Below, in pieces: positions 1 through 7,679 of a stretch of DNA of 59,644 bases. The notes under the pieces were generated by a model. The model was not told where the DNA came from, made no database searches, and saw nothing but the letters and a program-made list of their open reading frames with translations. The stretch is from a virus (Duplodnaviria; Caudoviricetes): positions 1 through 59,644 of IMG/VR virus record IMGVR_UViG_3300032095_000033. One strand, 5' to 3'. Numbering within the stretch: position 1 is the stretch's first letter; the number at the start of each line of letters is the position of its first letter. Position numbers and translations under genes: made by a program.

Positions 1-612
1 TTGGGCGAGTTGATGTCGCAGAGCGACTTCGCGACCCGGCGCGGCGTGGGTAAGTCGGCAGTCAGCAATTGGAAGGCCGCCGGGCTGTTGGTGTTCGCGG
101 AAGCGCCGGGCGGAAAATTGCTGGTCGACGTGGAGCGCACGGAGGCGCGGCTCAACGCTAAGGTCGATCCGACGCGAGGGCGGCCCACCGGAGCGGTGGG
201 GCAACTTCCATTTGCCGCCCCTGCCCCGGCCGAGCCGGGCGACCTGCCAAAGGGGCGCACCGCTGCGCTGGTTCGGGTCGAACTGGCGGAAGAACAGCTA
301 ATCGAAAAGCGCCAGAAGAACGCGCAGGCGGCGGGGGAATTGATGCCCTACGTCGAACTGGAGCGGCGCGGCGTGGAGTTGTGCCGATCGGCGCGGGAGC
401 GGGTCAATGCCGCGTTCCGTGGCATGGCCGAGCGGCTGGCGGCGGAAACGGAAGTCCGGGCCATCATGGCGATCGGGCTGGCCGAGTTCGATCGTGTGTT
501 CGTCAGCCTCGCTGAGAAATTCGCCAGCGGGGCCGCGACGTTTGAAGCGGATGAAGCGGCCGAGGATGCGGACGCCGAAAAGGAGGTGGCAGCACAAATC
601 GCGGAGGCGTGA
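1..612 (+). CDS. Terminase small subunit (Nu1-like)
   Basis: N-terminal HTH (SQSDFATRRGVGKSAVSNWK), GRP motif, stop overlaps the GpA start; true start may be ATG at 13. Confidence 0.75.
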   Translation: MGELMSQSDFATRRGVGKSAVSNWKAAGLLVFAEAPGGKLLVDVERTEARLNAKVDPTRGRPTGAVGQLPFAAPAPAEPGDLPKGRTAALVRVELAEEQLIEKRQKNAQAAGELMPYVELERRGVELCRSARERVNAAFRGMAERLAAETEVRAIMAIGLAEFDRVFVSLAEKFASGAATFEADEAAEDADAEKEVAAQIAEA

Positions 613-2756
613 GCATGTACGATTATGACCGCTTCGGCGATAGCGCTGGCGCGGCCATGCGGGCCAATACCCGCCGGTTGGACAATGCTTTTGCCGAGGC
701 GTTGCGCCCGCCCGAGAAAATGCTCCCATCGGTCTGGGCGGTGCGGAACCGGAAATTCGCCCCCGAAGACCCGATCCCCGGTGACTGGCGCAACGAAACC
801 GCGCCCGAGCTGGTGGAAATCATAGATGCGATGGGGCCGGACGATCCGTGCGAAGAGGGCTACATCATGAAGTGCGCCCAGTCGGGCGGCTCGGCGTCAG
901 CGGAAAACTGGATCGGGTTCCTCTCCGATCTGGCCCCCGCCCCGATGCTCTTCGTGCAGGCCACCTTGCGCGCGGCCCTCGACTGGGCGGCGGAAAAGTT
1001 CTGGCCGATGGTCGAGAATTCCCCGCGCCTCAATCCGAAAGAGGGCGGCACCATTCGGGCCATGGGTACGCCCGACGGCGAAGGATCGACCAAGGGTAAA
1101 ATTCGCTTCTCGCGCTCGAACGGCTTCGTGCTTCTGGCCGGTGCCAACTCGGCCGCCTCACTGCGCCAACGGACCGTCCGCTACGCGGTCGAAGACGATC
1201 TGGACCAGTTTCCCGACGATCTGGAGGGGCAAGGCTCCCCGGAAATGATGGTGGACCAGCGTTTGAAGGTCTGGCGTCGACAGGGCCTGTCCAAGCGACT
1301 GAAGATTTCAACCCCGACGATCAAGGGTTCAAGCAAGATCGGGCGGGCCTATCGCGCCAAGGGCACGGATAGGCGTCGGTTCTACTTCAAGTGCCCCGAT
1401 TGCGGGAGCCGGTTCCTGCCGGACTGGGCGCAAATCGAGTGGCCCGATGGCAAGCCTGCCGAAGCGGTGCTGGTCACGCCCTGTTGCGGGGTGACGGTGA
1501 AGCATTGGCGCAAGGCGGCGATGAAGCTGCCGGACGGCTGGCTGTCGGAGGAAATCGACGGCGAGAAACAGCCCACTGTCCTGACCGAAGAAGAATTCCA
1601 AGCTGCCCGTGGGCGGATGCCAGCCAGTGTGAAACGTGGTTTCCACTTGGCTGGCATCATATCCACGTTCCAGACCTGGGCGGATATGGCGGTCGCCTTC
1701 GTCGCGGCGCAGGGCGATCTCAACGCGCTAAAGGCATGGACCAACCTCGTTGCGGGTTTCGAGTTTGAGTTGAAGGGGGGAACCCCGGACTATGAAAAAC
1801 TCAAGGAACTGACCGAACAGGGATGGGGCCTGAACCATATCGTCCAAGTGCCGATGGGGGCCTTGGTCGTAACCCTTGGTGTCGACGTGCAGGGGGACGG
1901 CGTTTACGCCGAACTGGTCGCCTGGGGGCCGAATGCGGAATGCTGGGTCATAGATGCCCGGTTCATTTCCGGCTCTACCGATGTGAAGGGCGAAGGGGCT
2001 TGGCGCGATCTGGACGCCTATGCGCGCCGCCAGTTCACCTTTCCGGGCGGAAAGTCCTTCGGTGTCGACCAAGTGTGCTGCGATGCCGGGTACAACACCG
2101 AGGCAGCGGAAGCCTTTTGCCGGGCGCATCCCAACCGACAGGCCGTATTCGGCCGTGCCGGTTGGTCGCTCCCCATTCTCGGCCGAGGTGAAAACCTCCG
2201 GTACGAGCATCAGGGGAGCAACGCAGGCAAGGCCAGCAAGCGAGCCGAGGACAAGGCCCATGTCGTCGGCACCTTCGGCGCGAAGCTGGCATGGTACGGT
2301 TATCTCCGTAACAGCCTGAAAGCCTTTGCCGAGGAACTGGCGGGCGTGATTTCGACCGTTCGCGGGCGCGTGCGCTTCTCGAACGATCTGCCGCCTGATT
2401 ATTTCGAGCAGGTCACGGCCGAAACGGTGGTGACAGAGACGGTCAACGGCCATCCGCGCCGGACGTGGAAGCCGATGGCCGGACGTCAGAACCACTATCT
2501 CGACTGCCATGTCTACAACATGGCGGCCCATGAAAAGCTGATGCTCGACACGCTGACGGATGCCGACTGGGCGGCGTTGCGGGCCGATCGTTATGCGCCC
2601 CCGGCCAATCCGCAGCGCGGCCTGTTCGACGCGCCGTTGCTGACCAGCCCGGCGGTTCAAGCGGACCCGTCGCTCGCATCGCCGCCAGCGCCTTCGCCCC
2701 CTCCCTCGGTCCAGCCGGGGGCGGGATATCTAGACCCTTCGGAGAATTTCTTCTGA
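609..2756 (+). CDS. Terminase large subunit, lambda GpA family
   Basis: MKCAQSGGS Walker-A variant, ISTPTIKG, CPDCG, GVDVQ, DAGY, NHYLDC motifs; 715 aa. Confidence 0.93.
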   Translation: MSMYDYDRFGDSAGAAMRANTRRLDNAFAEALRPPEKMLPSVWAVRNRKFAPEDPIPGDWRNETAPELVEIIDAMGPDDPCEEGYIMKCAQSGGSASAENWIGFLSDLAPAPMLFVQATLRAALDWAAEKFWPMVENSPRLNPKEGGTIRAMGTPDGEGSTKGKIRFSRSNGFVLLAGANSAASLRQRTVRYAVEDDLDQFPDDLEGQGSPEMMVDQRLKVWRRQGLSKRLKISTPTIKGSSKIGRAYRAKGTDRRRFYFKCPDCGSRFLPDWAQIEWPDGKPAEAVLVTPCCGVTVKHWRKAAMKLPDGWLSEEIDGEKQPTVLTEEEFQAARGRMPASVKRGFHLAGIISTFQTWADMAVAFVAAQGDLNALKAWTNLVAGFEFELKGGTPDYEKLKELTEQGWGLNHIVQVPMGALVVTLGVDVQGDGVYAELVAWGPNAECWVIDARFISGSTDVKGEGAWRDLDAYARRQFTFPGGKSFGVDQVCCDAGYNTEAAEAFCRAHPNRQAVFGRAGWSLPILGRGENLRYEHQGSNAGKASKRAEDKAHVVGTFGAKLAWYGYLRNSLKAFAEELAGVISTVRGRVRFSNDLPPDYFEQVTAETVVTETVNGHPRRTWKPMAGRQNHYLDCHVYNMAAHEKLMLDTLTDADWAALRADRYAPPANPQRGLFDAPLLTSPAVQADPSLASPPAPSPPPSVQPGAGYLDPSENFF

Positions 2757-2968
2757 TGCCAGCGCCCTACTATACGGACGAGATTGCCAAGCTGGAGGCG
2801 GGCCTGGGCTCCGGCGAGGCGCGTATCGAAAGCGACGGCGAGGCCGTCACCTATCGCGGCGTCCGCGATATCATGATCGCGCTGGACTATTTCCGGGGCA
2901 AGGCGGCATCGGCTCCCGCCGTTGCCCAGCGTCCGGCCTCCACCCTAGCCGTTTTCTATCCGGACTGA
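2756..2968 (+). CDS. Head-tail joining protein gpW-like
   Basis: 70 aa between GpA and portal, GEAVTYR motif. Confidence 0.75.
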   Translation: MPAPYYTDEIAKLEAGLGSGEARIESDGEAVTYRGVRDIMIALDYFRGKAASAPAVAQRPASTLAVFYPD

Positions 2969-2972
2969 CGCC

Positions 2973-4490
2973 ATGGGAATCGCAGAAATCGTCGACGGCT
3001 TTATCGAGCCGATCGCTCCCGGCTGGGCGCGCCAGCGGATGGAGGACCGCGCCCGCCTGATCGCCACCAAGGCGGCGGTCGGATCGCTGCGTCAGTATGA
3101 TGCCGCCACCCGCGACCGTCGCACGGCCGGTTGGCGGCGCGACGCCAGTTCGGCCGATGGGGAGGCGGCGCGGGGCCGCGACATGCTGGCGCGGGCCGGG
3201 CACGATCTGGTCCGCAACAACAAATATGCGAACAGCGGCGTGCGCCAGTTGGTCGCGACGATCTGGGGCGATGGAATCGTCCCGCAGGTCGAACACCCGG
3301 TTAAGAAAATCCAGAAGGCGGCGCAGGACGACTGGAACCGCTTTGCCGAATCCAAGGTCGATGGCCTGGGCGACTGGTACGGCCATGGCAAGGTGGCATG
3401 CCGCGAAATGATCGTCGGGGGCGAGTCGCTGACGGTCTGGCGGCCCGACGATCAAGGGCCGGATGCCAAGGTGGTCGGGCTGGAAGGCGCGCAACTCGAC
3501 ATGGCCGCCACCCGGCGATTGAGCGACGGGGGAAAGATCGTTCAGGGCGTCCAGACGAACGCGGGTGGCGATCGGACGGGATATTGGTTGTTCGATGACC
3601 ACCCCGGCGATCCGATCGGCGCAGCGGCTGGTTCCCGTTTCCGCCCGGCCGAACATGTCGACCACCTCTATGAGCGGCTTCGCTTCGGCCAGACGCGCGG
3701 CGTAAGCTGGCTGGGCGCGGTCGCGATGACGTTGCGCGATATCGGCGATATCGAGGACGCCAAGCGGCTACAGGAAAAGGTGCAAGCCTGTATGGGCTTG
3801 GTCGTGTCGCCCGGCGAGGCGCGCGGGACCAGTCCGCTGGGGACGCAATCGGCCCCCGCCAATTCGCCCACCGGGCCGCTGGAAGAAGCGATCCGGCCGG
3901 GCATGATCTTGCGGCTTGGAGCGGGTGAAACGGCCAGCACGATCACGCCCACGCCGTCGAACACGACCGTCGATTTCATCCGCCAGCAATTGGCGGGCGT
4001 TTCGGCCAGCATGGTCCCGTATCACCTGATGACCGGGGACGTGAGCCAAGCCAATTATTCCGGCCTGCGGGCCGCGATGAATGGCAGTTACACGCTGGTC
4101 GACGACTGGCAGCAAAACGAGGTCATTCCGCTGTTGGCTCGTCCGGCCGTCATGCGGCGGATGCGCCGCCTCGCCATGCTGACCGGCGATCGGCGGTATC
4201 TGGACGTTCGGGTCACTTACGCCCGGCCGGTCCGCCGCATGGTCGATCCCATCAAGGATTTAATGGGTGAAATCATGGAAATCCGCGCCGGTCTGAAGCT
4301 GATGACCACGGCGCTGGCCGAGCGAGGCATCAACGCGGACGAGCATATGCGCGCCATCGCGCAGATGAACACCACGATCGACGCGCTCGGCCTGGCGCTG
4401 GACGGCGATCCCCGCCGCGTCACCGATAGCGGCGTCCTTCAGGTCGCGGCCGGATACATCAACCCGAAAGCCGGTCAGGCGGCCGAATAG
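2973..4490 (+). CDS. Portal protein, lambda family
   Basis: LVRNN, GQTRGVSWL, TGDVSQANYSGLR, VDPIKD motifs. Confidence 0.93.
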   Translation: MGIAEIVDGFIEPIAPGWARQRMEDRARLIATKAAVGSLRQYDAATRDRRTAGWRRDASSADGEAARGRDMLARAGHDLVRNNKYANSGVRQLVATIWGDGIVPQVEHPVKKIQKAAQDDWNRFAESKVDGLGDWYGHGKVACREMIVGGESLTVWRPDDQGPDAKVVGLEGAQLDMAATRRLSDGGKIVQGVQTNAGGDRTGYWLFDDHPGDPIGAAAGSRFRPAEHVDHLYERLRFGQTRGVSWLGAVAMTLRDIGDIEDAKRLQEKVQACMGLVVSPGEARGTSPLGTQSAPANSPTGPLEEAIRPGMILRLGAGETASTITPTPSNTTVDFIRQQLAGVSASMVPYHLMTGDVSQANYSGLRAAMNGSYTLVDDWQQNEVIPLLARPAVMRRMRRLAMLTGDRRYLDVRVTYARPVRRMVDPIKDLMGEIMEIRAGLKLMTTALAERGINADEHMRAIAQMNTTIDALGLALDGDPRRVTDSGVLQVAAGYINPKAGQAAE

Positions 4491-4500
4491 GAGACAAATC

Positions 4501-4680
4501 ATGATGCGTTCTCAACCGGCGCCCGGCGGGGCGACCGGGGGCCTTGCTGCGCCTCCGGGTGCCCGTCAGGGCGTCCGTTTCGCGAACTTCAACGCCAACA
4601 GTTACGATGCCGCGACGCGCAGCGTCGAAGCCATCCTGTCCGTCGGTGCGGCGGTCGATCGCGGCGATTTCATTGAAGAG
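4501..4680 (+). pseudogene. N-terminal remnant of prohead protease (or protease-capsid fusion)
   Basis: SYDAATRSVEAILSVGAAVDRGDFIEE resembles a prohead-protease start; the same frame then becomes implausible sequence and stops at 4842. Confidence 0.7.
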
Positions 4681-5005
4681 CGTCGCCATGGCGGTTGCGC
4701 GTGCCATGTCGGAGGGCGGGGAACTGGCCCCTGCCCTCCAGGCGCAGGCCGTCGCAGCCTTGAAGGGGATTCGTATGTCGGTGCTGCGCGATTTGGCGTG
4801 GCATGGCCTTCGCCAGCATCATCCGGCGATTACGCTGAATGAGGTGAGCGCCATTACCGATACGATCGGCCGAGAGAAATTCGGCGAAATCATCGGCAAG
4901 GCGCTTCATGCGGCGCAGGGCCATGTCGGGGAGGCTGGGGACGAACCCAAGCTGGGAAACGGACCAAAGGCAAAGGCGAGGCCGCCAGCCAAGCCCAAAC
5001 GTTAG
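4675..5005 (+). pseudogene. C-terminal part of tail assembly chaperone (gpG-like), 5' end deleted
   Basis: LAWHGLRQHHPAITLNEV and terminal LGN at a G GGA AAC slippery site; no convincing own RBS or start. Confidence 0.65.
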
Positions 5006-5352
5006 GAAAGACGCCGTGGGCCAAACTGGAGCGGCAGTGGGTCCGGTTCGGTTTGCCTGCGGCCGACTTCTGGCAAGTCACCCCGGCCGTGACGCGGGCA
5101 ATGGTGCTGGGGCGGATCGATGCAGGGCGTGACGATTACGACCTGGCCAAATTCGGGGCGTGGCAAGCCGAGTGGTTCCGGCGTCAGGAGGCCTTGAAGC
5201 CGTTCGGCGAATATGCCGCCCCGGCCGAGCGATCGGACGAAAACGAGCGGCAATCGGCCCAAGAAATGCTGGCGTCGATGGTATCCAAGGCCAGTCAGGG
5301 CGCACCGATCACTGTTGAACTGGTCGATGCGCCTCGGCGGAAGGGCGTTTAG
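4954..5352 (+). CDS. Tail assembly chaperone gpT-like extension reached by -1 frameshift
   Basis: GGGAAAC at 4954-4960 is in phase; -1 frame is open through WAKLERQWVRFGLPAADFWQVTP to the stop at 5352. Confidence 0.7.
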   Translation, partial: GKRTKGKGEAASQAQTLGKTPWAKLERQWVRFGLPAADFWQVTPAVTRAMVLGRIDAGRDDYDLAKFGAWQAEWFRRQEALKPFGEYAAPAERSDENERQSAQEMLASMVSKASQGAPITVELVDAPRRKGV

Positions 5353-5624
5353 CGATGGTCCGCGACGTAGCGTTTCAGCACGTCGTCAAGCCGGGTTTGC
5401 CAGCCCGCGCCGCTGCCTTCGAAGAAGTCGACGACTTCGCGGGATAGGCGGATCGTCTTGGGAACCTTGGGGGGCTTTTTCTGCGCGCCGCGCACGCGAC
5501 GCATTTCCGCGGCCAAGGCGGGCAGGGCCTCGGCGAAGGGGCGGGCGCTGGCAAGCTGTTCATCGGTCAATTCAGGGTTGTCCGATACGGCGTCCATATC
5601 GGCCTGGGTGTAGGGCTTGGTCAT
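5349..5624 (-). CDS. brnA: BrnA family antitoxin
   Basis: KTIRLSREVVDFFEGSGAGWQTRLDDVL C-terminal motif. Confidence 0.9.
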   Translation of the reverse strand: MTKPYTQADMDAVSDNPELTDEQLASARPFAEALPALAAEMRRVRGAQKKPPKVPKTIRLSREVVDFFEGSGAGWQTRLDDVLKRYVADHR

Positions 5625-5866
5625 TCTAGCAGTCTCCGTTCCTTCACGCTGGCGGGGCGGGCCGAGATGATTGACAGCCCCTCGTTGCCGAGGGTCGCGA
5701 AAATCACGGTAATAATGCCGTTCAATCGACCCACCGCGTACCAGCGGCCTTCCTTCGCCTCACCGATCAGGGCGTTCAGGAAAAACGCTTCGTCGATATC
5801 CGCGAAGTCAATGCCGTGCTTGGCAAGGTTCGCAGCGCGCTTCGGTTCGTCCCAAACGATCATCAT
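5621..5866 (-). CDS. brnT: BrnT family toxin (ribonuclease)
   Basis: WDEPKRAANLAKHGIDF and IISARPASVKERR motifs; overlaps brnA by 4 nt. Confidence 0.9.
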   Translation of the reverse strand: MMIVWDEPKRAANLAKHGIDFADIDEAFFLNALIGEAKEGRWYAVGRLNGIITVIFATLGNEGLSIISARPASVKERRLLE

Positions 5867-5872
5867 GGACTT

Positions 5873-5919
5873 TGTGTACGTACAATTAGGGTTGCGGTCA
5901 ACCATATTGTACGCACAAT
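5873..5919 (-). promoter_or_regulatory. brnTA promoter with two palindromic operator boxes
   Basis: TTGACC-17-TACACA on minus strand, 6 nt before ATG; TGTACGTACA (5875-5884) and ATTGTACGCACAAT (5906-5919). Confidence 0.6.
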
Positions 5920-5937
5920 TTGATTAAAATCTTATCA

Positions 5938-5965
5938 GGGGCTGTCCGTTCGGGCGGCCCTTTTT
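5938..5965 (+). terminator. Rho-independent terminator-like hairpin
   Basis: GGGCTGTCC-GTTC-GGGCGGCCC-TTTTT. Confidence 0.55.
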
Positions 5966-5983
5966 CTTGCAAAGGGATAGCGC

Positions 5984-6715
5984 ATGGAAGGGCTTCTGGC
6001 GTCGCTGACGTTCGGGATGAACGTGCAGGATGCGGCGTTCAAGGCCGCGCTGTCGTCGGATCGCGACGCGCTGCGCCAGACCGAGCGCCAGTTCCATTCG
6101 TCGGGCGACGCGATGACTAACGCCATGACCACGACCGCGCGGGAAGTGGCCATCCGGCGCGTCGAGTGGTCGTTCGACCGTCCGGCGCAGGTCAACCGGT
6201 CGAAATGGACTATGCGGCGGCAGGTCGTGCAGCAGCCCGGCCCGGCGTTGTGGAGTGCCACGGCCGAAATGGCCGTGCGGATCGGCACCGACGAATGGTT
6301 GGAGGCCGAGGCGTTCTTGATCGACCTTGAAGGCGCGATCAACACGTTCCGGCTGGAGGCTGCTGCTGCGGCCCAGACCGATTTGGCACTGACACCGATG
6401 GTGGACGGCGCTGGACAATATGGCCGGTCGCTGCGCCTCCGGGGCGGCATTCCCGGAGGCGGGTTGAAGCGCGGTCACAAGATGACCGTCAACGAGCAAA
6501 TGGTGTCGATTTCCGCCCCCTTCGCCTTCGGAGCGGACGGGCGCGCAACGGTCACCTTCAAGCCGTCGCTACGGCTGTCCCCGCAGGATGGGGCTGCCGT
6601 GGAGATGCGGAAGCCCACGGTGCTGGTCGCGCTGGTCGGCAGCGCGGTCGGCTGGTCGGAGGATCTGGGCGGCATTTTCCAGGCCAAGCCCATTCAACTG
6701 GAGGAAGCGTTTTGA
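5984..6715 (+). CDS. In-frame fusion of tape-measure N-terminus (~54 aa) to distal tail (Dit-like) protein
   Basis: MEGLLASLTFGMNVQDAAFKAAL resembles a TMP start; remainder (RVEWSFDRPAQVNRS...AFLIDLEG...FKPSLR) is distal-tail-like. Confidence 0.6.
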   Translation: MEGLLASLTFGMNVQDAAFKAALSSDRDALRQTERQFHSSGDAMTNAMTTTAREVAIRRVEWSFDRPAQVNRSKWTMRRQVVQQPGPALWSATAEMAVRIGTDEWLEAEAFLIDLEGAINTFRLEAAAAAQTDLALTPMVDGAGQYGRSLRLRGGIPGGGLKRGHKMTVNEQMVSISAPFAFGADGRATVTFKPSLRLSPQDGAAVEMRKPTVLVALVGSAVGWSEDLGGIFQAKPIQLEEAF

Positions 6716-7287
6716 CGATGGACCCAGCCACGCTGTCGATGCTGGGCGCGGACGTTCTGCGCCCGCCGTTCCTCGCTTGGCTCGATATCTTGGGCGATCC
6801 TGTTCGCGCCACGACCTGGGAAACCTCCCTGACGTTGTCGGGTACGGGCGACCCCGATCTGGATGGCCAGCTATTTTCCGCCGTCAGCCCCGAATTTGGG
6901 TCGATCAGCGGCGTCAAGCGCGCCACGGGCGGGTCGGAGACGGTCACCGCGACGCTGTCGGGCATCGTGGGGCCGAACAGTGACCTGTTGAACGTTCTCG
7001 GCGATGAAACGCGATGGAAAGGCCGGGTGGCGCGCCTGTGGTTCCTGACGCTCAACAGCGCGGGCGATCGGGTGGGGGCGGTGGTTCCCTATTACACAGG
7101 CCGCATGGTCGGTTTTTCGATCAGTGGTTCGGCCGATCAACAGACAGCGCGGATCACGATCGAAAGCTATCTCGCCTCGCTGACCGCCGCGTCGCAGCGG
7201 ACCTATCAGGATCAGGCCGATTTCGTGCCTGGGGACAATTCCGCCTCGCTGACGCTGGCGGTCGTGAATGGGGCAAAATCGGCATGA
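6712..7287 (+). CDS. Minor tail / hub protein (gpL/DUF2163-like)
   Basis: Position after Dit; YYTGRM, ITIES, QADFVPGD motifs. Confidence 0.6.
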   Translation: MTMDPATLSMLGADVLRPPFLAWLDILGDPVRATTWETSLTLSGTGDPDLDGQLFSAVSPEFGSISGVKRATGGSETVTATLSGIVGPNSDLLNVLGDETRWKGRVARLWFLTLNSAGDRVGAVVPYYTGRMVGFSISGSADQQTARITIESYLASLTAASQRTYQDQADFVPGDNSASLTLAVVNGAKSA

Positions 7288-7676
7288 CGCGCTTACCTGA
7301 CTGGGAGGCGCGCCTTGCCGAATATCTGGCCAGCGTCCTCCACACGCCGCACGTCTACGGCGATCATGACTGCGCGCTCCATGGTGCCAATGCGGTCTTT
7401 GCCCAGACGGGCGAGGATCACGGCGCGCCATTCCGTGGGCGCTATTCGACCGCTCTTGGCGCGGCGCGGGCGCTGAAAAAATACGGGGAGGGCACGCTGG
7501 AGGCGACCTTCGACGGTCGTCTGTCCTCTGTGGCGCCAGCGCTCGCCCGGCGTGGCGATCTGGTTCTGGCGGATGGGTCCATCGGCGTGTGCGTCGGTGG
7601 TGAAGCGGTTTTTGCGGGGGAAGCCGGGCTGACGCGGATCGCGCGGCCGGGCTGGACCCGTGCTTGGAGAGTTTGA
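7284..7676 (+). CDS. NlpC/P60-like tail-tip assembly protein
   Basis: RLPDWEARL, YGDHDCA, ARRGDLV; ATGA overlap with upstream gene. Confidence 0.75.
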   Translation: MTRLPDWEARLAEYLASVLHTPHVYGDHDCALHGANAVFAQTGEDHGAPFRGRYSTALGAARALKKYGEGTLEATFDGRLSSVAPALARRGDLVLADGSIGVCVGGEAVFAGEAGLTRIARPGWTRAWRV

Positions 7677-7679
7677 GGC

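Noticed and set aside
4544-4674. 5' part of ORF 4544-5005 as a real gene start
   Set aside because: It is the alternative frame of the protease remnant; only the part after ~4675 looks like a chaperone
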